IMG/VR virus record: IMGVR_UViG_3300049847_000494
Location: 1 to 64,000 of that record
Length of the DNA: 64,000 nucleotides
Direction: 5' to 3' (one strand)
From: a virus
Under the pieces are notes generated by a model. It saw only the letters and a program-made list of their open reading frames with translations, ran no database searches and was not told the DNA's origin. Shown here piece after piece: positions 18,201 to 25,448 of this stretch. Each line of letters starts with the position of its first letter. The first letter of the stretch is position 1. The position numbers were made by a program, and so were the translations under genes.

Positions 18201-19620
18201 ACTAAAATCACCTAAAAATGTGATTATCGAATTTCTTAGAGGTTACATTGCAGGGGACGGATCCTCTGATAAACGTCAAATAAAAGTAACATCTGCATCA
18301 GAACAGCTTATGAAAGAAATTCAGATTTTATTTATAGATCTGGGTCTTATTTCAAGTAGACGTTCTGAATACGTTGTGACTAATAAAGGAGAAGGTTTAT
18401 ACTGGAATGTGACACTTGTAGGAAAAGAAGTGGATACAGCTTGGATCCTTATACCACCTATTCGACCTTTAAAAATACCAACACCTAAGAAGTTTAACAA
18501 TTCCAATCTTGACAAGATTTTCGGCTTACATGATAAAATTAAAGAGATTAGAAAAGATAATCAACATGTAGCAGGGAACCAACATAAAGGTCATTGGCAA
18601 TATCCAGGCTTCCCTTGGACAGGTGCAAAGGAACTTACAATAGGTTTTTATAGAACACATAGAGAGCAAATAACAAAAGGATTATTAGCACGAGGTAAAA
18701 CAGAGTTAGTCGCTGACATAAATGAGATATTAGATCAAGGCTATTTCTTGGATACTTTAAAGCACAAAGAAGAAAAGACAACTAAAGGACAAGTTGTCTA
18801 TGACTTTACAGTTCCTGGAAGTCACTCATTTGTCACACAAAGTTTTCTGTCTCGTAACACATTTGGGGTCATCTTTGGCATGGTGGCTAAATCACTTTCT
18901 GTGCTTATTAAGTGTTCTGAGCAGGAGGCTCAAAAGCTAATGAACGATTTAACCAATCGCTTTGAACGTGCGGGTGGTTGGTTAACCTATATTGAAGAGT
19001 TTGCCATTGACAATGGTTATGTTATGTCACCTTATGGTAGGGTAAGGCATTTAGCCCATCTAGCTGGTGACCAGGAACACTTACTAAGGCGTTTGGCTCG
19101 TAATTCACCTATTCAAGGTGCGGCATCGGATACTACAGCTTTAGCTGCTTGGACCTTACAAGATTGGATTGAACGCAATAATAAACCATACAAAATATGG
19201 AATGTTGTGCATGATGCTATTTATACAGAAGCTCCACTTACAATGGAAGCCTTACAAGAATGTATCAGCCAAACCAAGCGTTGCATGACACAGATCGGCG
19301 GTTTACTGAAAGACGATTTTGGGATTGACTTGATCGTACCGCTTGTAGTAGATTTCAAAGTAGGCTTACGCGGTGGAAGTTGTAAAACAATTGATGCTGA
19401 AACTAATCTTGAGGATTTCCTAAAAAATCTACAAGCTCAAGACAGGCGCATGCACAATGGTGATAAGTGGTGGCAAATAGCTACAGAACTTGAAATTAAA
19501 AGCTTGCAAAAAGAGATGTCTAAGGTTGAGAAAGATAAGAAGGACGGTTTTGAAGCCAAGTTAAAGAAAATAAGCCTTCAAATAGAGCATCACAAACAAA
19601 ACTTAGAGCGAGCAAAATGA
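15235..19620 (+). CDS. polA: Family A DNA polymerase with N-terminal family-4 UDG-like domain, 3'-5' exonuclease and an intein
   Basis: UDG-like CEGC, VGDPPG..ED...PFTGAAG, RCRP; exonuclease DTET, HGTKFD, YAGMD; polymerase TGRLASSAPNMQ, ADYGQAEVR, NSPIQG, VHD. Confidence 0.92.
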   Translation: MRTTLKHPKTFCEGCSLNKTRNKLSHYIPTDVYYNQVNDEGKPQVDLLIVGDPPGKAEDESSMPFTGAAGFEIKQALVDGNITSYAIAHSVRCRPVGPDGKNRAPTAEEAAACSNYIKQDLVQLRPKVVLLLSNIAKDVIAPKEWKSIGINKLRGDILTTEGTTYTATVNPNQFIRSNNYLEKQQFYRHVANTKRLITGEHSAYSRKGITQVLKTEEDVFKFINILETVPSEYVFVDTETENLNRVAPNKVATIQFAMDNEVGYVIPIDHWQSPFSPEATERIVSRLGQLFSNPDLPFECWCAHGTKFDYNKICRRFNIHRTGKPFLDTIMLEYLRDENQRRGADDDEGGGGQEGAGVAFDLKSMAKDKLCFRHYKSEMLEARKSGSFIEEPLWLDNGKISDFSDYAGMDVYVGRRLLCYILEDLEKTGHKQKSWNFAIKWSFRVTHLLSKIEINGAFADKDHLDYLQSEYSPILTRMLEIPQDIMESPEGKKANALLLETGNKTKGFRPLFGKQPTVFSIDKKDHRIALLVNTCKLEPVSYGKLKDENGKEIRARRGEVDKGNGIASIDKAFYAQHKGNYFSDIIQEYEGLKKLKSSYLDSVRSFLTDEFIQTKRGLQSNADNLFDGRIHATFWDSRTVTGRLASSAPNMQQQPRSDTFAKAMIKSLYGAAPGHFILEADYGQAEVRWWAQIAKDKEYAALFWNMYHIIQEYEANPTPELKLRVENECDIHKQVSSAMNRIPITEVTKEQRQAAKGLCVAKGTLIRTEEGLIPIEEAIENWKGELKLETRAGVETANKAYEITVDKTIKVTSGRGFELEGRPEHPILAWRDCKLQYVELQDLQETDNIVIRREAKLWPTREIPLVPYVRERNGGQGSEPYPCSMPEFLDGDLARLIGYITSEGFSNAERTISISNTDRRIIEDIRYILTSKFGTTGYSEFVNNKDRIEIQGHKPCTCFSINASASRFLRLNNLVGFETSYTKYVSPAILKSPKNVIIEFLRGYIAGDGSSDKRQIKVTSASEQLMKEIQILFIDLGLISSRRSEYVVTNKGEGLYWNVTLVGKEVDTAWILIPPIRPLKIPTPKKFNNSNLDKIFGLHDKIKEIRKDNQHVAGNQHKGHWQYPGFPWTGAKELTIGFYRTHREQITKGLLARGKTELVADINEILDQGYFLDTLKHKEEKTTKGQVVYDFTVPGSHSFVTQSFLSRNTFGVIFGMVAKSLSVLIKCSEQEAQKLMNDLTNRFERAGGWLTYIEEFAIDNGYVMSPYGRVRHLAHLAGDQEHLLRRLARNSPIQGAASDTTALAAWTLQDWIERNNKPYKIWNVVHDAIYTEAPLTMEALQECISQTKRCMTQIGGLLKDDFGIDLIVPLVVDFKVGLRGGSCKTIDAETNLEDFLKNLQAQDRRMHNGDKWWQIATELEIKSLQKEMSKVEKDKKDGFEAKLKKISLQIEHHKQNLERAK
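17509..18858 (+). mobile_element. Intein (450 aa) with LAGLIDADG endonuclease, inserted in PolA motif B
   Basis: Starts CVAKGTLI and ends VYDFTVPGSHSF...SRN before Thr. LAGLIDADG-like LIGYITSEG and FLRGYIAGDG. Removal restores RQAAKGL/TFGVIFG. Confidence 0.9.
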
Positions 19621-19814
19621 CATTTATACTTAATATATTAGGTGATATAATACTTTTTTTGGTGTTTCTTCTAGCTGCTTGCTTTGGACTAATCTTTCTT
19701 ATGGCAATCTCTTTCTTAGCTCTAGTCGGGTTAGCTGTTACCAGCCCACTATTAACAACATTATTTGTCGGGTATGCAGCAGCAACACGACTCAAGGACC
19801 AACAAGATGATTAG
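19617..19814 (+). CDS. Small membrane protein (65 aa)
   Basis: ATGA overlap with polA; very hydrophobic. Confidence 0.65.
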   Translation: MTFILNILGDIILFLVFLLAACFGLIFLMAISFLALVGLAVTSPLLTTLFVGYAAATRLKDQQDD

Positions 19815-20031
19815 TCTAAAAGAGCTACGCCATATATGTATTTCGCATGATCCAGCTGACGAAATGTCCGAGGCTAACTTCCGTAAGTTAATTACACCTA
19901 ATGTAGTATTAGAGTTAATCAATAAAGTTGAAAGCTTGAACAATTTAGTAGTGTCGCTGGAAAATGAACATAATCAAGTCGTATCAGATCTAACAGAGGA
20001 GATAGCTTCAAAAACAGCTATTATTTTCTGA
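19807..20031 (+). CDS. Hypothetical protein (probable start ATG 19807)
   Basis: AAGGA upstream; coiled-coil C-terminus. Confidence 0.55.
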   Translation: MISLKELRHICISHDPADEMSEANFRKLITPNVVLELINKVESLNNLVVSLENEHNQVVSDLTEEIASKTAIIF

Positions 20032-20105
20032 ATTTAAAAATAAACTGTAAATTTACAAAGTAGAAAATTATGCCTATTGTAGCACCAAAAGTATAATATG
20101 TTCCC

Positions 20106-21271
20106 TTGACATCCTCCCCGTCCTAAAGGACGTGGATTCCTGGATCACTTTAGATCTAGCGTTTGATGCCCCAAACGGAGAATGTTTATTGCAGCATTTG
20201 TATCCCGGTCATGATGCCGGTTACAAGTATTACAAACCCACTCTCTTATCCCCAAACCTTCTAGTCCTCTCGGACCACCTACTGTTAAACAGTAGGAACA
20301 GGTTTGAGTTGTAAGGTGTTCACTTACCTCAGTATAATTTCCTGAATGCCTAATGGCTTTATATTTCAAGAACGTCTTAATCATACCCCAACCAGAATCA
20401 TTAACAGACTTAGCCATCTTAGTCTTTGTAAGCTTCTTACTACTTACATCACCTACAAATATATCTTGGTAGTTTTTAGCTATTTCAGTAGTAAGCTTAT
20501 GACAAGCATCTAACCTGGAGTTCTTAATTTTAGCATGGATAGCTTTAACAGCTTTCCTCTTTTTATCTTTTTGAGCAAGAGCTAGTTTTCTTTGATGTTT
20601 TTGATAGAATTTTCCGTTCTTATACTTTTTACCGTGGGATGTTGTAGCTAATGTCTTTAAACCTAAATCAATACCTACACTGGTATTTTCAGGAGCAGGT
20701 TTAAGCTGCTCTACTTCACACACGAGGTTAATATACCACCTACCTCTTGTATCCCTACCAAAAGAACCTGACTTAATTCTACCTGGTAATTTCCGGCTAT
20801 TCCAGTAATTAATTGTTTTACCACAATACTTTAGGGTATCATCATTTATTACCTTAATAGCCGAGCCTTTAAAGGGTAACCAAGGTAAAGACTTTTTACC
20901 ACGGTATCTTAGCTTAATCTTCTTAGCTTTGTTTCTTTTGTTAGCATATTCTTCACATACAACTTGTATAGAAGTAGAATGAATGTTAAGCTCTTTAGAA
21001 GTACCTGATGTAAGGTTATTTAAGTCAAAGCCAGATAACCATTTACCATCTCTTTTAATAGCATTAAAAGCAGTATTATTACAATAGTTCCATACATAAT
21101 TAACAGCACCTGAAGCTTGTTCTAACCAAGCCACACCTGAGGAATCCTTAATCCGGTAACTGAAAGTCTGAAGTATCATGTTAAACCTAATTTACAAGAA
21201 AAGATGTAAAATGAAGAAAGAAAAGCTTGCATCCCCGCCCTGCAGCTACGCTGGAAGGACGTGGTTTTATG
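20106..21271 (-). mobile_element. Non-autonomous IS200/IS605-family element, copy 1 (tnpB only)
   Basis: Right-end hairpin GAATCCACGTCCTTTAGGACGGGGAGGATGTCAA; left end resembles copy 2 and follows TTTAG; no tnpA in the window. Confidence 0.85.
20145..21179 (-). CDS. tnpB: TnpB RNA-guided endonuclease, copy 1
   Basis: GIDLG (RuvC-I), VGD plus EVSEHLTTQTC, CxxC..CxxC zinc finger, DRDTNAAINI (RuvC-III). Confidence 0.93.
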   Translation of the reverse strand: MILQTFSYRIKDSSGVAWLEQASGAVNYVWNYCNNTAFNAIKRDGKWLSGFDLNNLTSGTSKELNIHSTSIQVVCEEYANKRNKAKKIKLRYRGKKSLPWLPFKGSAIKVINDDTLKYCGKTINYWNSRKLPGRIKSGSFGRDTRGRWYINLVCEVEQLKPAPENTSVGIDLGLKTLATTSHGKKYKNGKFYQKHQRKLALAQKDKKRKAVKAIHAKIKNSRLDACHKLTTEIAKNYQDIFVGDVSSKKLTKTKMAKSVNDSGWGMIKTFLKYKAIRHSGNYTEVSEHLTTQTCSYCLTVGGPRGLEGLGIREWVCNTCNRHHDRDTNAAINILRLGHQTLDLK

Positions 21272-21288
21272 CTAAAGAGGATAAAATA

Positions 21289-21564
21289 ATGGATCTAAGA
21301 CCACCAGCCTTACCACGTATCAGTTCACGCCCAGGACAGGCTATAGCTATTATACCAACTAAAAGCTTAGTAGCTATCTTCCTTGTGGTTTTTATATTAG
21401 AAGCTATTTTAGTATTAGCTCTAAATTCCTTTACTTTGCAGATAATCAAGGAAACAGCTGCTATAAATACATCACTCAAAGCCGGTCAAGCTGATCTACA
21501 GTGGCAACTTGAAGAGCTTAAAGCTAAGAAGATTGAATGCCGAACAATTTACCTGAAAAAGTAA
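21289..21564 (+). CDS. Membrane-anchored hypothetical protein (91 aa; start reassigned from 21178)
   Basis: SD AAAGAGG before ATG 21289. The track's upstream extension lies inside the IS left end. TM helix followed by coiled coil. Confidence 0.65.
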   Translation: MDLRPPALPRISSRPGQAIAIIPTKSLVAIFLVVFILEAILVLALNSFTLQIIKETAAINTSLKAGQADLQWQLEELKAKKIECRTIYLKK

Positions 21565-21566
21565 GC

Positions 21567-22028
21567 ATGAAAAAACCTATAGAGCCTAGAAAACCAGTAG
21601 AACCACAAAAAGATAAAGAAGTATATGTAGATACGACTATACCAGATATTACCTATAGTTACAAAGTAGATTATGATGATTATGGTCAGTCAGCTACATT
21701 TGAAAATTTCACTATCAGTGTTGGTGAAGTTAGGAAGCTGCTAGCTAACATAGATCCTCAAATAGATCCTGGTACTACAATATTCTTTAGTCCATATGCT
21801 GTAGAATACCGTGTTAGTAAAACAGTCCATGATCCTAAATATGATCAGAAAAGGGCTAGGTATCTAAAAGACCTTGAACGATATGAAACTAAAAAAGTTG
21901 AGTTTGAGGAAAAATCGAAACTATACGATGCATGGTTAAAAACACATCAAGAAGAAAACCTTACTAAGGAATACGAAAAAGCTAAAAAAGACTTGTTAAA
22001 ATTAGAGAAAAAGCTTAGGTTAAGGTAA
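21567..22028 (+). CDS. Hypothetical protein
   Basis: [13 protein letters not shown] start just after the upstream stop; charged coiled-coil C-terminus. Confidence 0.65.
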   Translation: MKKPIEPRKPVEPQKDKEVYVDTTIPDITYSYKVDYDDYGQSATFENFTISVGEVRKLLANIDPQIDPGTTIFFSPYAVEYRVSKTVHDPKYDQKRARYLKDLERYETKKVEFEEKSKLYDAWLKTHQEENLTKEYEKAKKDLLKLEKKLRLR

Positions 22029-22654
22029 TGGACGATTTAAACTTTAAAAAGAAATGGTATAATTATCTCCCTAAGCGGGTAACCTATTTCTACTTTAGGG
22101 TAATATGGTACCGTAAGCAATGGCTTATCAATTTATTCCAGTTTTTAGTAAATCTAACTAAGCTGATATACAGCGTAGGTATCATCCAATACCGTAAAGG
22201 TACTAAAGCTTACAATAACATGTTTAAAGCTTTAAGTAATATTTATAGCAAGTGCCATGTAGTAAAAGGCAGGTTAGAGGCTTTTGCTGAAACCGGAACT
22301 GAAGGTTTTGTATGGATGCTTAATGATGCTACTAAGTCTGGTTATGAGGCTTTGGTACCTATTGAAAATGGTGATAAACTATTGATTTTTGACCACCATG
22401 GTAAGTGCATCTTTTGTGACTATATAGAGGAGGATCATGAAGCTGGTTATCAAGCCTATCCGCTAAACCCAAAATACGGTCAACCTGAAGCTTTTGGTTG
22501 TTGGATTCATTGGACGCAACGTGGTTATACACCCCAAAAATGGGCAGCTTTGTTTTTTCATAGTGTAGTGAATACAGAAGAGCACCCACTGTTATCAAAC
22601 AATAGTGATAAGGTAGCCTATCGTGCTATACTAATTAAAAAGTGCAATACTTAA
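22028..22654 (+). CDS. Hypothetical protein (208 aa) whose 3' end is duplicated downstream
   Basis: Intact ORF with TAATG coupling; [19 protein letters not shown] is also encoded at 24244-24316. Confidence 0.8.
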   Translation: MDDLNFKKKWYNYLPKRVTYFYFRVIWYRKQWLINLFQFLVNLTKLIYSVGIIQYRKGTKAYNNMFKALSNIYSKCHVVKGRLEAFAETGTEGFVWMLNDATKSGYEALVPIENGDKLLIFDHHGKCIFCDYIEEDHEAGYQAYPLNPKYGQPEAFGCWIHWTQRGYTPQKWAALFFHSVVNTEEHPLLSNNSDKVAYRAILIKKCNT

Positions 22655-22665
22655 AGAAACTGATC

Positions 22666-22694
22666 TTGACTTAGACTCGAAAAGCCCTTATAGT
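22666..22694 (+). promoter_or_regulatory. Sigma70-type promoter of the relic tnpB
   Basis: TTGACT-N17-TATAGT upstream of ATG 22708. Confidence 0.7.
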
Positions 22695-22707
22695 AACGCT
22701 ACTACTC

Positions 22708-22869
22708 ATGTTAATCTATAAACGCTATAGAATCACCAAGATTCTACTATGCTCAACGTACCCTGGCTAGAAGAAAGAAAGGATCTATAAACAGGGATAA
22801 AGCAAAGATAAAGTTAGCATGTATCCACAGGATAATCAAGAGACAACAGGAACACTTTATCGTCTTCAG
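22708..22869 (+). pseudogene. tnpB: tnpB relic, 5' fragments
   Basis: MLIYKRYRI, then in another frame IESPRFYYAQRTLARRKKGSINRDKAKIKLACIHRIIKRQQEHF, typical TnpB segments joined by deletions. Confidence 0.75.
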
Positions 22870-24005
22870 TGTAAAACCCGTCATTCAGGGCTGGGATGTA
22901 AGCTTTTATTTTCTTGTAAATTAGGTACAACGTGATAATTCAAACTTTTAGTTACCGGATTAAGGATTCATCAGGTGTAGCTTGGTTAGAACAAGCTTCA
23001 GGTGCTGTTAATTATGTATGGAACTATTGTAATAATACTGCTTTTAATGCTATCAAAAGAGATGGTAAGTGGTTATCTAGCTTCGATTTACATAACCTTA
23101 CATCAGGTACTTCTAAAGAGCTTAAGATATCTTCTACTTCTATACAAGTTGTTTGTGAAGAATATGCTAACAAAAGAAACAAAGCTAAGAAGATTAAGCT
23201 GAGATACCGTGGTAAAAAGTCTTTACCTTGGTTACCTTTTAAAGGCGCAGCTATTAAGGTAATAAGCGATGATACTATAAAGTATTGTGGTAAAACAATT
23301 AATTATTGGAATAGCCGGAAATTACCAGGTAAAATTAAAACTGGATCTTTTGGTAGAGATGCAAGAGGTAGATGGTATGTTAACCTCGTGTGTGAGGTAG
23401 AGCAATACCAACCTGCCCCTGAAGGTACCAGTGTAGGTATTGACCTTGGTTTAAAGACATTAGCTACAACATCCCATGGTAAAAAGTATAAGAACGGAAA
23501 ATTCTATCAAAAACATCAAAGAAAACTAGCTCTTGCTCAAAAAGATAAAAAGAGGAAAGCTGTTAAAGCTATCCATGCTAAAATTAAGAACTCCAGGTTA
23601 GATGCTTGTCATAAGCTTACTACTGAAATAGCTAAAAACTACCAAGATATATTTGTAGGTGATGTAAGTAGTAAGAAGCTTACAAAGACTAAGATGGCTA
23701 AGTCTGTTAATGATTCTGGTTGGGGTATGATTAAGACGTTCTTGAAATATAAAGCCATTAGGCATTCAGGAAATTATACTGAGGTAAGTGAACACCTTAC
23801 AACTCAAACCTGTTCCTACTGTTTAACAGTAGGTGGTCCGAGAGGACTAGAAGGTTTGGGGATAAGAGAGTGGGTTTGTAGTACTTGTAACCGGCATCAT
23901 GACCGGGATACAAATGCTGCAATAAACATTCTCCGTTTGGGGCATCAAACGCTAGATCTAAAGTGATCTAGGAATCCCCGTCCTTTAGGACGGGGAGGAT
24001 GTCAA
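22870..24005 (+). mobile_element. Non-autonomous IS200/IS605-family element, copy 2 (tnpB only), nested in the relic
   Basis: Left-end hairpin after TTCAG; right end GAATCCCCGTCCTTTAGGACGGGGAGGATGTCAA. Confidence 0.87.
22932..23966 (+). CDS. tnpB: TnpB RNA-guided endonuclease, copy 2
   Basis: Same motifs as copy 1; I count 16 aa differences in 344. Confidence 0.93.
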   Translation: MIIQTFSYRIKDSSGVAWLEQASGAVNYVWNYCNNTAFNAIKRDGKWLSSFDLHNLTSGTSKELKISSTSIQVVCEEYANKRNKAKKIKLRYRGKKSLPWLPFKGAAIKVISDDTIKYCGKTINYWNSRKLPGKIKTGSFGRDARGRWYVNLVCEVEQYQPAPEGTSVGIDLGLKTLATTSHGKKYKNGKFYQKHQRKLALAQKDKKRKAVKAIHAKIKNSRLDACHKLTTEIAKNYQDIFVGDVSSKKLTKTKMAKSVNDSGWGMIKTFLKYKAIRHSGNYTEVSEHLTTQTCSYCLTVGGPRGLEGLGIREWVCSTCNRHHDRDTNAAINILRLGHQTLDLK

Positions 24006-24243
24006 AGCTCGCAGACATGTTTGGGTGTGGTACTATTGATGCAGCTAATCGATTGAACCAGGCAGAGTTTTGTTGTGTAGTTTGCCAACTCAAAATGCAT
24101 GCTGATTTGAACGCTGCACTAGTTTTAAAAAGCCGTGCGAGTCGCTCGGCTCAGCCTGTGGAGGGCTCGGCAATAGCCACCCGTCGAAGCAGGAAACAGC
24201 CCAAAAGCTGAAAATCATAAAGAAAACTTATGATTGATTACTG
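24006..24243 (+). pseudogene. tnpB: tnpB relic, 3' fragment with probable omegaRNA scaffold
   Basis: SSQTC/CGTID..NR.NQAEFCCVVC...HADLNAA (zinc finger and RuvC-III); GCCTGTGGAG...GAAGCAGGAA; hairpins CAGC/GCTG and AATCATAA/TTATGATT. Confidence 0.75.
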
Positions 24244-24324
24244 CAGAAGAGCACCCACTTTTATCAAAAAAAAAAAAAATAGTGACAAAGTAGCATACCG
24301 AGCTATACTAATTAAAGCAGCCAC

Positions 24325-25053
24325 ATGACAACAGAAAATGACACCCTAAAAGAGCTTGTAACCAAACTACAAAAAGCCAATGAGGAGCTTGAAAGGTTTG
24401 CTTATGTAGCTTCTCATGATTTAAAAGCACCCTTACGTGCTATATCTAATTTAGCTGGGTGGATCAAGGAGGATATAGATTCCTGTTCTATTACAGCTGA
24501 GACACAGTCTCACCTGAAAATGATGTTATCCAGGGTTGCCCGTATGGATAAGCTCCTTGACGATCTACTAACTTATGCTAGAGTAGGTAAGAACAAGGAT
24601 AGCTTGGAGCTTATTGAAATTGACGAGTTGATTAGAAGTGTAGTAGATGTACTTACCATAAAAAAGTTTGAGATAGTTATTGAGTCTGAAATATCCAGCT
24701 TTATAGCTGAGCGTGTTCCTTTAGAGCAAGTCCTTATGAATCTAATAGGTAACTCTATAAAGCACCACACTAAAAAGAGTGGTACTATTACTATAGGCAT
24801 AATAGATAAGCAGACGAAACTTGAGTTTACCATAACAGATGACGGTCCTGGTATACCAATAAAGCAACAAGACGAAGCTTTTGAGATGTTCAAAACTTTA
24901 AAACCTCGGGATGAGGTAGAGGGATCAGGTATGGGCTTGGCTCTAGTTAAAAAGATAGTGGAAAGTCAGGGTGGTAAAATTGAAATACTACCAACGAAAA
25001 AAGGTTTAAGTGTCAGGTTTACTTGGATTAAAGAAGTAGCCACCAGTGTTTAA
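24325..25053 (+). CDS. Histidine kinase lacking a sensor domain (HisKA + HATPase)
   Basis: H-box ASHDLKAPL, N-box NLIGNSIKH, G1 DDGPGI, F-box, G2 GSGMGLALVKKIVE. Confidence 0.93.
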   Translation: MTTENDTLKELVTKLQKANEELERFAYVASHDLKAPLRAISNLAGWIKEDIDSCSITAETQSHLKMMLSRVARMDKLLDDLLTYARVGKNKDSLELIEIDELIRSVVDVLTIKKFEIVIESEISSFIAERVPLEQVLMNLIGNSIKHHTKKSGTITIGIIDKQTKLEFTITDDGPGIPIKQQDEAFEMFKTLKPRDEVEGSGMGLALVKKIVESQGGKIEILPTKKGLSVRFTWIKEVATSV

Positions 25054-25447
25054 TATACTATTAGTAGATGATGACAGTGTTGATGTCATGACGCTACAGC
25101 GGGCTTTCCGTAAACACCCAATTATGAAGAAAGCTAAGCTACTTACAGCTAAAAGTGGAAAAGACGCTTTAGATAAGCTACTTTCAGGTGAAATAGAAGA
25201 GCCAAGCATAGTATTACTTGATCTTAATATGCCAGAAATGGGTGGGTTGCAGTTTTTAGAGCATGTTCGATCTAACCCACAGCTTGCTAAATTACGTGTA
25301 ATCGTATTAACAACATCAGCTGATAAAAACGACATCAATCAAGCTACCGATAAATGTATTGTTGGTTATATCAAGAAAGCCAAAGCTGGTGATTATACCA
25401 CTCTTACAGAGCTAATTTATCATTACTGTTCTCTAACAGAGAGTTGA
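25046..25447 (+). CDS. Single-domain response regulator (Rcp1/CheY-like)
   Basis: LLVDDD, LLDLNMP, VLTTS, YIKK. Confidence 0.92.
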   Translation: MFNILLVDDDSVDVMTLQRAFRKHPIMKKAKLLTAKSGKDALDKLLSGEIEEPSIVLLDLNMPEMGGLQFLEHVRSNPQLAKLRVIVLTTSADKNDINQATDKCIVGYIKKAKAGDYTTLTELIYHYCSLTES

Positions 25448-25448
25448 C

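Larger units (their letters stand above)
22575..24316 (+). repeat. Imperfect direct repeat, 22575-22639 versus 24244-24316, flanking the tnpB cassette
   Basis: CAGAAGAGCACCCACT...GCTATACTAATTAAA; six third-position substitutions and an A14 run in the second copy. Confidence 0.92.

Noticed and set aside
21178-21288. N-terminal extension of the 128-aa ORF
   Set aside because: It is mostly antisense IS left-end sequence; a good SD precedes ATG 21289.
20106-24005. Composite transposon formed by the two tnpB elements
   Set aside because: IS200/IS605 transposition needs a left and a right end on the same strand; the outer ends here are both right ends in opposite orientation, and there is no tnpA.
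23999-24211. 70-aa ORF as an independent gene
   Set aside because: Its ATG lies in the IS right end and the rest is the tnpB relic's C-terminus.
24266-24279. A14 run as a phase-variation switch
   Set aside because: It lies in an orphan gene-end fragment with no start codon; decay or homopolymer sequencing error is simpler, though an effect on the putative guide is not excluded.
22575-24316. Duplicated gene end as a DGR pair or a target-site duplication
   Set aside because: The differences are synonymous third-position changes rather than A-to-N, and IS200/IS605 elements do not make target duplications.
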